64,000 nucleotides of DNA. It comes from an uncultured virus (IMG/VR IMGVR_UViG_3300008108_004630). Lineage: Duplodnaviria > Heunggongvirae > Uroviricota > Caudoviricetes. The DNA lies in IMG/VR virus record IMGVR_UViG_3300008108_004630. One strand, given 5' to 3'. Made by a program: the position numbers and the translations under genes. The notes under the pieces are model-generated. The model ran no database searches. It was not told where the DNA came from and worked only from the letters and a program-made list of their open reading frames with translations. Shown here in pieces: positions 56,138 through 64,000 of the stretch. Each line of letters starts with the position of its first letter. Within the stretch, counting starts at the first letter, position 1.

Positions 56138-57886
56138 TTAGAATTGACCAGTTAAAATCTTTTCTTTATTAGTCCAAAAATCTATGATAGTAATACCGTA
56201 CTGTTCAGCTTTTTTGAACTTACTAGAAGTGGAATCTCCACCGCTAATAAGAGCATAGAGATCGCGTGTTACGGATGTCTTAACATCGTAACCATAGCCA
56301 GATAAAATCTCAGTTAACTCTTCTCGAGTTAGATCGAATTTACCTGTTATGCAGATCTTTTTATCCTTCTTTATTGGAGCCGTGATAGCTTCCGTAGTAA
56401 GGTCCTGAGACAGATTTAGTGGGAGCTCTGATACCCACTCCTCGTTGACGTCTAACCAGCTGAGAATACTATTGATAGTCTTTTCCGCTACTCCATCAAC
56501 TTTTACTGTCTCGATATCCCTCAGCCTATCAAACCTCGGAATTTTACTTACAATACTGTTAGCAGCTGTTAGCCCTACCTGCGGTATTCCTAGAGCTGCT
56601 AGGACAATATAGTAAGGTTTGTTTTTACTCTTATCAATTTCTGCCTTAATCTTGGGGCCGTTAGCGCCTAAGGCAGCCCACTTTTGATCTTTGTAGAGAT
56701 CTAGTGGGTGAGTAAGTTCCATCTTTTTAACACTAGATGGACCTAGCCCTTTGATACCCATAATTTTGATAAAGTGCTCTAAGGCTTTAGGGGCACTTAG
56801 ATCTTCGTGATCTTCACAAAAAAGCTTAGGTCCGTTTCTATACGTTTTAATACCTAACTGCTCTTCTGCGTGACGGGCTGTAATTTTTGAGTTAGTATTA
56901 GTTCTATCAATTACTTTTAGGAACTTAGGAATAACTCCCCCCGCCCTTTCGATCTCAATGATGTCTCCTAGAGCTAGTTCGTGCTCTTCGATAATACCAA
57001 TATTATGAAGAGTTACTCTAGTAATGACAGCACCATCCAGAGTGATTGGAGAAACAATACCTACTGGATTTACGGAGCCTGTACGTCCTACTACCCAAAC
57101 TACATTCTGTAGTTCGGCAATAGCCGTAAGAAGACCTCTAGGTTTAAGGGCTACTGAAAACCTAGGATATTTAGAGGTCCAACCTAGCTCGACACTTTCT
57201 TTATAAGAATCAAGTCGGTATACCTCTCCATCGTGCGGATATTTAGAACAGAATTCCGTATCAAATACGGTATTAAATCCCATTGCTTTTACAACACTCA
57301 TTCGTGCTGTATAGTCAATATCTACACCTAGCCAATCATGGGCTATGAATTTAATGTTTCTGGTTTTAAACTCTTCTGCTGAGTCTAGACCTAGAGCGCC
57401 AGACACATAGTTACGAAAATTAGTAACCTCATTATCTGTTACGCACTCTCCGTTAATAACCAATTCCTTATGGGTTGATTTTACGGTTGTAGGGACATTT
57501 TGAATATGTTTAACCAGATGAGTTACGTCTTCTCCGAACTCACCATCACCTCTAGTCATAGCAAGAACCATCTTGCCGTCTACATAGATGATAGAAATAT
57601 TAGCACCATCAACCTTAGGGGTCTTGATTTTGAAAGATGGGTTAATATCTTCCTGGTCATAGACTTTCCTAAGCGAGAATAACTTATATTTATGTTTTAC
57701 CTTACCACTGGTTCCCCCTACTTTTTTGGTAGGAGAATCATAATCTGCCCATCCCTGGGCATCTTCAAAGGCTTCTAGAGTGTCATATAGACGATCAAAC
57801 TCTTGGTCTGATATCTCTGGACGATTCACATCGTAATAAAGATGACAGTGCTTTTTTACAAGCTCTTTTAGCTCTTGGTAATTCAT
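56138..57886 (-). CDS. ligA: NAD-dependent DNA ligase (single chain, with BRCT domain)
   Basis: YY...ISDQEFD, KVDG, TRGDG..GEDVT, VGRTG, TLHN, RAGGVIP, BRCT ICITG...SSKFKKA. Confidence 0.93.
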   Translation of the reverse strand: MNYQELKELVKKHCHLYYDVNRPEISDQEFDRLYDTLEAFEDAQGWADYDSPTKKVGGTSGKVKHKYKLFSLRKVYDQEDINPSFKIKTPKVDGANISIIYVDGKMVLAMTRGDGEFGEDVTHLVKHIQNVPTTVKSTHKELVINGECVTDNEVTNFRNYVSGALGLDSAEEFKTRNIKFIAHDWLGVDIDYTARMSVVKAMGFNTVFDTEFCSKYPHDGEVYRLDSYKESVELGWTSKYPRFSVALKPRGLLTAIAELQNVVWVVGRTGSVNPVGIVSPITLDGAVITRVTLHNIGIIEEHELALGDIIEIERAGGVIPKFLKVIDRTNTNSKITARHAEEQLGIKTYRNGPKLFCEDHEDLSAPKALEHFIKIMGIKGLGPSSVKKMELTHPLDLYKDQKWAALGANGPKIKAEIDKSKNKPYYIVLAALGIPQVGLTAANSIVSKIPRFDRLRDIETVKVDGVAEKTINSILSWLDVNEEWVSELPLNLSQDLTTEAITAPIKKDKKICITGKFDLTREELTEILSGYGYDVKTSVTRDLYALISGGDSTSSKFKKAEQYGITIIDFWTNKEKILTGQF

Positions 57887-57892
57887 TCTTAT

Positions 57893-57922
57893 ATTATATT
57901 AATAAATTCTAGATCTTAGCAA
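57893..57922 (-). promoter_or_regulatory. Sigma70 promoter, leaderless ligase transcript
   Basis: TTGCTA-18 nt-TATAAT-6 nt-ATG. Confidence 0.65.
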
Positions 57923-58471
57923 GTTAAAAGCAATAGTATGTGCTTGTTTTTGTAGAGTTTCAATAGGAGGGGTGTTGACTATCTTATAGTCGAAACCATC
58001 ATAATCATCTAGTGATGTTTCACTGGGGTGATTTAGATCTCTTTTAGAATTTTTTCTTTCGTTGGAAGGGTCACCCTCTATTCTAATTAGAGTTCCACCT
58101 TCTTTCTTTATGGCTTCTGCTTCGTTAGGAAATCTAACATCTGTAACTATCCAATTATCAAAGGTTGAGTATTCAGACATTAACGCTATTACCCATCCGT
58201 CTGGATGAATATTATCTCGCATGGCTTCTGTTCCTAGTTTTTGTTGAAATTCTCCTATGGTCATGTCCCATTTAGGTAAATAATGTTGCTTACCTTCTTG
58301 AGTAAACCACCAAATTTCTGGAGTATTTGTTAAGTATGCGCCCATTTTCTTGAGCTTAAAGGCAAAAGATTTTTGCATAAAAGTAACACCATAGTCGTCA
58401 AACTCATGCAAAAGGCAAGAAGCTAAAGTGTCTTTACCGCTGTATAGCTTACCACTAATTCCTATAATCAT
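57899..58471 (-). CDS. Deoxynucleoside monophosphate kinase
   Basis: GISGKLYSGKDT, Q.LGTE, TDVRFPNE, HPSE. Confidence 0.9.
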   Translation of the reverse strand: MIIGISGKLYSGKDTLASCLLHEFDDYGVTFMQKSFAFKLKKMGAYLTNTPEIWWFTQEGKQHYLPKWDMTIGEFQQKLGTEAMRDNIHPDGWVIALMSEYSTFDNWIVTDVRFPNEAEAIKKEGGTLIRIEGDPSNERKNSKRDLNHPSETSLDDYDGFDYKIVNTPPIETLQKQAHTIAFNLLRSRIY

Positions 58472-58791
58472 TTATCGTTTGCTAGAGTATACAGTCTAGT
58501 TACAGATTCTACTAGATTTTTTAGATTTTCTTTTTTGTTAAGATTTGTGCCTTCTATTTCTATGTCTAACATAGTTTCTAGATCTCGCAACATCAACTTA
58601 ACTGTTTTTGTTTTATCAGGCTGAGCCTCTTCTGGCTTTTGATAAATCTTTAACTGAACTAGTTTAGAGATAATACTTCTATATCCTTTATGCGGAAACT
58701 CTTGTGCAATCTCTTCTATGTCTTGTGTTTTAGTTAAATATAGGTCTTTTAACTTTGCTTCTTCTTCATCGGACCAGGCTTTTGTACTCAT
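58468..58791 (-). CDS. Hypothetical Myb/HTH-like protein
   Basis: WSDEEEAKL...RSIISKL. Confidence 0.55.
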   Translation of the reverse strand: MSTKAWSDEEEAKLKDLYLTKTQDIEEIAQEFPHKGYRSIISKLVQLKIYQKPEEAQPDKTKTVKLMLRDLETMLDIEIEGTNLNKKENLKNLVESVTRLYTLANDK

Positions 58792-58793
58792 TA

Positions 58794-59069
58794 TTACTCC
58801 TCAAAATTAAATTCTAACTGATCATCTGGTTTATAATCAGCACTTAGTTTTTTACTAGCTTTAGTTAACAAGTGAATAACAGTATCTACTTCATTTGCAT
58901 TTAAAGCATATCCTTTTTTAGTTGGAAACCATACTTCTTCATCTGGGTCGAATAAATATTCTCTAATATGAATATATGTTCTGTCTCTAAAAGAATTCAT
59001 GGTAACTTTGACACCGCTATAGTCAGATTTCATATAAGCTATGCCAAAATCTAAATCGTCATAATACAC
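58794..59069 (-). CDS. PC4-like ssDNA-binding / transcription cofactor
   Basis: FRDRTYIHIREY...WFPTKKG. Confidence 0.75.
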   Translation of the reverse strand: MYYDDLDFGIAYMKSDYSGVKVTMNSFRDRTYIHIREYLFDPDEEVWFPTKKGYALNANEVDTVIHLLTKASKKLSADYKPDDQLEFNFEE

Positions 59070-59087
59070 TTTTTTACCTTTAAAAGA

Positions 59088-59117
59088 ATAATAACACTAT
59101 TGTGTAGTAGTAAGCAA
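59088..59117 (-). promoter_or_regulatory. Sigma70-type promoter
   Basis: TTGCTT-18 nt-TATTAT with extended -10 TG. Confidence 0.5.
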
Positions 59118-59121
59118 GCAA

Positions 59122-60291
59122 CTATTTTATTCTAGTTGGTTTTCTTGTGTCTAATACTATGTGTGCTAATGTCTGGAAATAATTTTTTGCCACAGATTCC
59201 CATGTAAACAGTTTAGCGTTATTAACTTTAGATAATATGCTATCTTTTTCCTGATGATAATATAGATACTGCATTTTATTTCTAAGATCTGTAGCGTCTG
59301 GTTCTAAAACCCATCCATGGCTGCCCATGTTAGTTAAGCTGTCTCCGGGTTTAGTAGCAAATATCTTTTCATCATTAAAATTAACTAATCTCTTGCTAGA
59401 GTTTATTCTCAGGCCACACTCTTCATTAACGAAATCATCTGTAGGACCTCCGCCTGTAATCAATGGAAATGCTCCGCAAGCCATAGCTTCCTGCACATGC
59501 ATACCAAAACCTTCTCCTCTATATGGATGCACTAATACATCTGTAGAACGATAAATTTGAGCCATTTCCTCTTCTGACAAAGAGTCATCATTAAGTATTA
59601 TCTCAGCACAGCTCTTATAGTACTGTATTCTTGTGAGTTCATGTAGAAGATTATTGTTTCCGTATATCTGCGGAGAGTCTTTAATAAACAATCTTACAGC
59701 ATCAGCTTTTACAAATACTTCTTTAAAGGTGTCTATTAAAACATCAATACCTTTTCTAAACTGTCCACACCCAACAAACGTGAAAGTAAACTTTTTATTA
59801 TCGAATAAAGAAGTTAAAGCGCCTTCTTTATTAAAGACTTCTGGGTTATACCCATTAGGAATTACAGTTATCTTGCTAGGATTTATTCCACCTTCTAAGT
59901 ATCTATCTCTAACCCAAGTGCTAGGAACTATCACATGGTCTGCAAAGGTTTCAAACTTATACTGCCATTCAAAAGGAACTCTAGAGAACTCCCATGGTTG
60001 AATATAAATAACCTTAGTCTCTGGATTATTAGGCCACACCCACATAGGAGGATAAGTATGTCTAATTTGAATATCTACCTTTTTATCTGGGTTTCTATCT
60101 TTAGATAATTCAGTTAGCTTTTTTAAGAATTTTTTGTCTACTTTAAAAGAAGGATCTAACTTATCTATTGGAGTAATACATACTTCAACTTCGTTAGTTT
60201 CACTAAGCTTATCTAGTTCAATAGCAATATATCTATTAATAATAGATAAGCTATGATTATCAAAAAATTTACCTACAATTTCTACTTTCAT
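59122..60291 (-). CDS. GT4-family (GT-B) glycosyltransferase
   Basis: VPSTW, VIPNG, RKGID, PYRGEGFGM..QEAMACG. Confidence 0.9.
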   Translation of the reverse strand: MKVEIVGKFFDNHSLSIINRYIAIELDKLSETNEVEVCITPIDKLDPSFKVDKKFLKKLTELSKDRNPDKKVDIQIRHTYPPMWVWPNNPETKVIYIQPWEFSRVPFEWQYKFETFADHVIVPSTWVRDRYLEGGINPSKITVIPNGYNPEVFNKEGALTSLFDNKKFTFTFVGCGQFRKGIDVLIDTFKEVFVKADAVRLFIKDSPQIYGNNNLLHELTRIQYYKSCAEIILNDDSLSEEEMAQIYRSTDVLVHPYRGEGFGMHVQEAMACGAFPLITGGGPTDDFVNEECGLRINSSKRLVNFNDEKIFATKPGDSLTNMGSHGWVLEPDATDLRNKMQYLYYHQEKDSILSKVNNAKLFTWESVAKNYFQTLAHIVLDTRKPTRIK

Positions 60292-61109
60292 GTGTACACT
60301 CTTCTAGCTTCTTGATTTGCAATATTTAGAAATTCTTTTTTAGGAACCCTGACTAGCTTCTCCCATTGGTTAGCACCATATCCACTAGTTTTAAAATTTC
60401 TTAACTGTGTATAGTTATCTAGATTTACCAATTTCCAATTATGAAAGAAAGGATCTTTTGCAGTTTTATCGCTATGTCCAAAATTATTTAATTTCTGATC
60501 TAGCTTAGTTTCTTTTCTACAGAAACTCCAGTGTAAAACTGCTAGAGGAGTGCGCAGGTGTTTTCTGTTATTAGTCCATCTACAATAGGTATATTCGTTA
60601 TTTTTATGTGTTACAAACCCTTGTGTATCACCTCTAAACCAAGTATTGTCTTCGTTAGCAATAACTAAATATGAATCGTCAAATTCTTTATAAGGTAAAA
60701 ACCATGTAAACAACAGATCAACACTATTGTTATATCTCTCAACCAGAGGTAAGAATTTCAAGAAAAAGTCTTTAGAATTCAACAGAGTCTCATCTGCATC
60801 AACACTAAAAATCCAATCATTAGTGCATTGAGATTTTAAATAATTTCTTTCAAAGTTATCGTTTTCTAATGCTACTTTACTGTGATGAAAGTTATGCTCT
60901 ATTATAGAAATTTTATTATCTACGTCTATTGCTTTTAACGCTGAATATAGTTTTGCTTCGTCAAAAGAGAATTTATTACCGCTCCAGGTAATCCTATCCT
61001 CGTCTAATCCAAGGACAATTTCATCTACATAGTCATAGTAGCTGAGAATACTATCTGGAAGATATTCCGCATCATAACTGATTAGGCTGATTACTGACTT
61101 TTTTCTCAT
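60288..61109 (-). CDS. GT2-like (GT-A) glycosyltransferase
   Basis: YVDEIV, ERN, WIFSVDADE. Confidence 0.75.
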   Translation of the reverse strand: MRKKSVISLISYDAEYLPDSILSYYDYVDEIVLGLDEDRITWSGNKFSFDEAKLYSALKAIDVDNKISIIEHNFHHSKVALENDNFERNYLKSQCTNDWIFSVDADETLLNSKDFFLKFLPLVERYNNSVDLLFTWFLPYKEFDDSYLVIANEDNTWFRGDTQGFVTHKNNEYTYCRWTNNRKHLRTPLAVLHWSFCRKETKLDQKLNNFGHSDKTAKDPFFHNWKLVNLDNYTQLRNFKTSGYGANQWEKLVRVPKKEFLNIANQEARRVYT

Positions 61110-61821
61110 TTAAAACCTCATTTTGTTTTTGAATTACCATAACGCTTACGCCATTCCACCATCCTTCGGTGTCTGCATTAGAAGCACTGTATGTGGTTAT
61201 TTTGTGCTTTACCTCATATTTTTTATCAGAGATATACTTGTCTACGTCTTCTCTTATTTCTCTTTCGTTATAGTTAGTTACGACTAATATAAATACATCA
61301 TCAAACTTATTATCATAAAAATTTAAAATATCGTTAGTTTTATGTGGTATATCTAAATGTATAATGTTAAGCTTATGTTTAATAAATGTAGGAGATATTT
61401 TATCCCAGTCTCCCATAAATACTTTTACTGATTTATCTAGACTTAGTTTTTCCAGATTTTCAATTAGGTTCAATTTAACATTAGGCCATCCGTCAGGGTT
61501 ATAAGAAGATATCTTTCCTGTTTCTGGATCTTTATGTTGGCCTAACGGGTTATAGGTAAAGTTATCTACTGCATAAGCTGCTAAAAGTTTATTTTGCATT
61601 AGTGCAGCGGTTAAAGTACCGCCTCTAAAACATCCTAATTCAAGATAACAACAATTTTCTAGGCTACACAGATTGCTTAAAAGATTTTTAAATTTCTTTG
61701 AAGACACTGAGTATTGATCCATTACTCTCCAGTCATTAGCAATTTTTGAAAGATTTCTCTGGGAGTTTTCGTATGACTTAGTAGCTAATTCTATTAATTT
61801 ATTTGTTTTTTCTTCGTTCAC
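61072..61821 (-). CDS. Class I SAM-dependent methyltransferase
   Basis: YLELGCFRGGT, AVDNF, IHLD, WWNG. Confidence 0.75.
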   Translation of the reverse strand: MNEEKTNKLIELATKSYENSQRNLSKIANDWRVMDQYSVSSKKFKNLLSNLCSLENCCYLELGCFRGGTLTAALMQNKLLAAYAVDNFTYNPLGQHKDPETGKISSYNPDGWPNVKLNLIENLEKLSLDKSVKVFMGDWDKISPTFIKHKLNIIHLDIPHKTNDILNFYDNKFDDVFILVVTNYNEREIREDVDKYISDKKYEVKHKITTYSASNADTEGWWNGVSVMVIQKQNEVLNEKKVSNQPNQL

Positions 61822-62059
61822 GGGTAAGTGCTCCTGTAATCCATAACTCTAGTAATATAATTGGTCCAAAGACTAAAACTAAAGGTAATATGCATAATAA
61901 TACGAATGCTAAGAGGAATGCTATAGAAAAAATAGCCAGCACCCATCCACATAACCAACCAGTATATGCTTCTAGTATTATTGACTCTTGTTTATTAGAC
62001 TTGCCAATAGTAGTTTCTAGTGTTTTTTCAAATTCTTCTTTTTTAATATACTTAGTCAT
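61799..62059 (-). CDS. Small membrane protein
   Basis: Long hydrophobic segment. Overlaps its neighbours. Confidence 0.55.
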   Translation of the reverse strand: MTKYIKKEEFEKTLETTIGKSNKQESIILEAYTGWLCGWVLAIFSIAFLLAFVLLCILPLVLVFGPIILLELWITGALTRERRKNK

Positions 62060-62849
62060 TAATTTTAATGTCGAGAGTTTTATACAACTCTGAACCTTTC
62101 CATTTGTTTAATAGCCTTTGCATATTTCTAGTCTCAGCATCTGCATTTGATTGAGTCCTAATTCTCTTTACATCTTTACTTTCAAAATGGTATAGAGGGA
62201 CAGGCACCTGGTATATCTTCCAACCTTTATCTCTAGCCATCAAACAATAATCAACGTCTCTTTTATATGTCCACTCAAAGCTAGGATCAAAATCTCCGAC
62301 TTGATCTAATAGCTGTCTGCGAATGTATATCCCACCAAAAGTAGTCCAAGCTACTTCCCTAACGTAATCATATTGACCTAAATCAGGTTCAACGTCTTTA
62401 AATGTTTTTTGAGAAAATACATCTATACCAGAACCAAAATGATCTGGAGTGCCGTCCTCTAAAAATTTTCCACCAGCACATTGAATAAGTGGTTGGTTAT
62501 TCTTATTTTTTAAAGGGTATAGTAGTTTACAACCAAACATTCCTGCTTCTGGGTATTTATTAACATACTTTAATAAGTCATTAAACCAGTTTTCAATACC
62601 ATTGTAAAAATCCATATCAGAGTGTAAAATAATTACATCATTAGGGTTTGCCTTTTTCCATAATTTTTGATACATGAGATCGCAGCCTATTCTGGCAGTA
62701 TCTTCTTCGAAAATAAACTCGGCATCTAAGAAAACAGATGCTTGTTTAAGGTGACTGATTTCTTCTTCAAAAAGATATGGAGTTATAATAGATACCTTAT
62801 TCACTTTTTTCTCCAAATGCTGCAAAACTAAAAGCCAAATCTCTACCAC
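62052..62849 (-). CDS. GT2-family glycosyltransferase (true start probably near VNKVSII, about 62800)
   Basis: VSIITP, LHSD, GCKLLYP, FD..F....DVDYCL, HFES. Confidence 0.85.
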   Translation of the reverse strand: MVEIWLLVLQHLEKKVNKVSIITPYLFEEEISHLKQASVFLDAEFIFEEDTARIGCDLMYQKLWKKANPNDVIILHSDMDFYNGIENWFNDLLKYVNKYPEAGMFGCKLLYPLKNKNNQPLIQCAGGKFLEDGTPDHFGSGIDVFSQKTFKDVEPDLGQYDYVREVAWTTFGGIYIRRQLLDQVGDFDPSFEWTYKRDVDYCLMARDKGWKIYQVPVPLYHFESKDVKRIRTQSNADAETRNMQRLLNKWKGSELYKTLDIKIND

Positions 62850-63306
62850 TTACAAATATGTTTTTATATCCAAGACTGCTTAAAACGTCATGAATTTGTT
62901 CTGGGTAGAACTGATGTAAATGTTTACGAGTAGGCATTTTCCAAGGTCTCCAATATTTACAATCTGGATGTGGTAAATATAAAAATAGAGTTCCTTTCGG
63001 AGCTAGGCATGCAGTCCAAAAACGTAAGACTTCCATGTAATCAGGAATATGCTCTAGACAATGTGAACTGTAAATATAATTCCATCCGCCATATCTTAAA
63101 GGTAATGAGAGCGCATGGCTATTAGGATCTATGACTGGATCTATAGGCACTGCGCCTTTTAAGGCCCACTCTACTCTATTACAACCTATATCTAACCCGT
63201 GACCTTTACATACTTCTAAAGCTAAAGGCTCTATGAATCTGGTATGATTACCTTTTGTAATATACTCTGGAACTATTTGATCTTCGAATGTAACTGTTTG
63301 AACCAT
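62797..63306 (-). CDS. Class I SAM-dependent methyltransferase
   Basis: GLDIGC, YSSHCLEHI, L.PKGTLFLYLP. Confidence 0.85.
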   Translation of the reverse strand: MVQTVTFEDQIVPEYITKGNHTRFIEPLALEVCKGHGLDIGCNRVEWALKGAVPIDPVIDPNSHALSLPLRYGGWNYIYSSHCLEHIPDYMEVLRFWTACLAPKGTLFLYLPHPDCKYWRPWKMPTRKHLHQFYPEQIHDVLSSLGYKNIFVSGRDLAFSFAAFGEKSE

Positions 63307-64000
63307 TTATCAATCTTTTCTATAATATCGTCTTCTGTTATATTTATTACACAAGATTTTTTATCTTCTCGGTATCCACAAGTGCTAGTCCAAAAAGGAT
63401 ATTCAGTTTCTGGATTACCTATCTTGGTCTTACTATATTCTTTTTTATAAAAGGCAGGTTTAATACATGCATAAGTTCCGCAATGTTTATCTTCTTTTGC
63501 AGTTACGCTGTGATGATTTCCGCTATGATAAAACTCTGGAGAATCAAATGTAGGTGGAAAAACACTACATATATTTATAGTATCTATTCCTAGACCTGCT
63601 GCCATAGCTGTCATAGAACCCATAGGTCCTAAATACATATGACATTTATTCAACTCTCTAAGAGAGGTTAAATAGCTAGAATCACTAACATCTCTACCAA
63701 GCGGTATTATACGCACGTCAGGTATTAGAGACCTTAAGTAATTAAATATTTTGCCGTAGTCTAGATTTTTATTTAGTTTTCTATTCCAATCTAGAGGACC
63801 AGCAGTAGCTACAGTAAATTGACTGTATTTGTGTGCTTCTTCTCCAACGGAGAACTTAGTTTCTGTGTGAATATTATTCCAACCAATTTCTTCTGCTATC
63901 TCAGTAAGTGCGCTTTTTACGACGCCTAAATCAGAAAACCATCCGTGTTGTTGATATATAATATCTGGAGAACTGGTAAGAGAATTATTTTTAGTATTAA
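63273..64000 (-). CDS. GT9/heptosyltransferase-like protein (partial; frame open to the window end)
   Basis: No stop upstream of 63716 to the end of the window. C-terminal YLG..GSMTAMAAGLG..TI and a Cys-rich tail ending CVINITEDDI. Confidence 0.6.
   Translation of the reverse strand, partial: NTKNNSLTSSPDIIYQQHGWFSDLGVVKSALTEIAEEIGWNNIHTETKFSVGEEAHKYSQFTVATAGPLDWNRKLNKNLDYGKIFNYLRSLIPDVRIIPLGRDVSDSSYLTSLRELNKCHMYLGPMGSMTAMAAGLGIDTINICSVFPPTFDSPEFYHSGNHHSVTAKEDKHCGTYACIKPAFYKKEYSKTKIGNPETEYPFWTSTCGYREDKKSCVINITEDDIIEKIDKWFKQLHSKIK

Noticed and set aside
58..63450. Short antisense or alternate-frame ORFs in the track (e.g. 58..255, 4884..5105, 10236..10619, 17356..17784, 47002..47355, 59633..60001)
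   Set aside because: They lie within or largely overlap well-supported genes and show no recognisable motifs, so they are treated as shadow ORFs.
1..64000. tRNA/rRNA genes, integrase, IS elements, small terminase, endolysin
   Set aside because: None was recognised by eye. Intergenic gaps are short and lack cloverleaf signatures. A tRNAscan/HMM run would be needed to exclude them formally.

Overview
A 64-kb, AT-rich, gene-dense segment of a T5-like lytic siphophage genome (Demerecviridae-like gene content and order). It has two convergent arms that meet at a bidirectional terminator near 36.7 kb. The plus arm (1-36.7 kb) carries an accessory TctA / PP-loop / TctC-like cluster, PhoH, large terminase, portal, an in-frame prohead protease-major capsid ORF, neck and tail genes, tape measure, a lambda L/K/I/J-type tail tip, tail fibres and a cluster of small mostly basic proteins. 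The tail tip has duplicated NlpC/P60 and ubiquitin-like genes, a JAB protease, and a Hint domain in the J-like protein. The minus arm (36.7-64 kb) is a T5-syntenic replication and nucleotide module: ThyX, dUTPase, D15, D14, glutaredoxin, class II RNR, SbcC/SbcD, SSB, D10 helicase, PolA, primase, DnaB, UvsE, D5, NAD ligase and dNMP kinase, followed by a glycosyl/methyltransferase cluster. The most interesting items are: (1) the Gly-Gly|Hint|Lys autoprocessing domain inside the Ubl/JAB tail-tip module; (2) a promoter-preceded array of covarying GGA-loop hairpins upstream of sbcD; (3) a structured intergenic RNA before the tail chaperone whose anti-SD loop can pair with either an upstream loop or the RBS; (4) the TctA/PP-loop/TctC module. 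Four apparent lesions (frameshifts or deletions) may be assembly errors. All protein calls come from motif recognition and synteny by eye; no database search was run.
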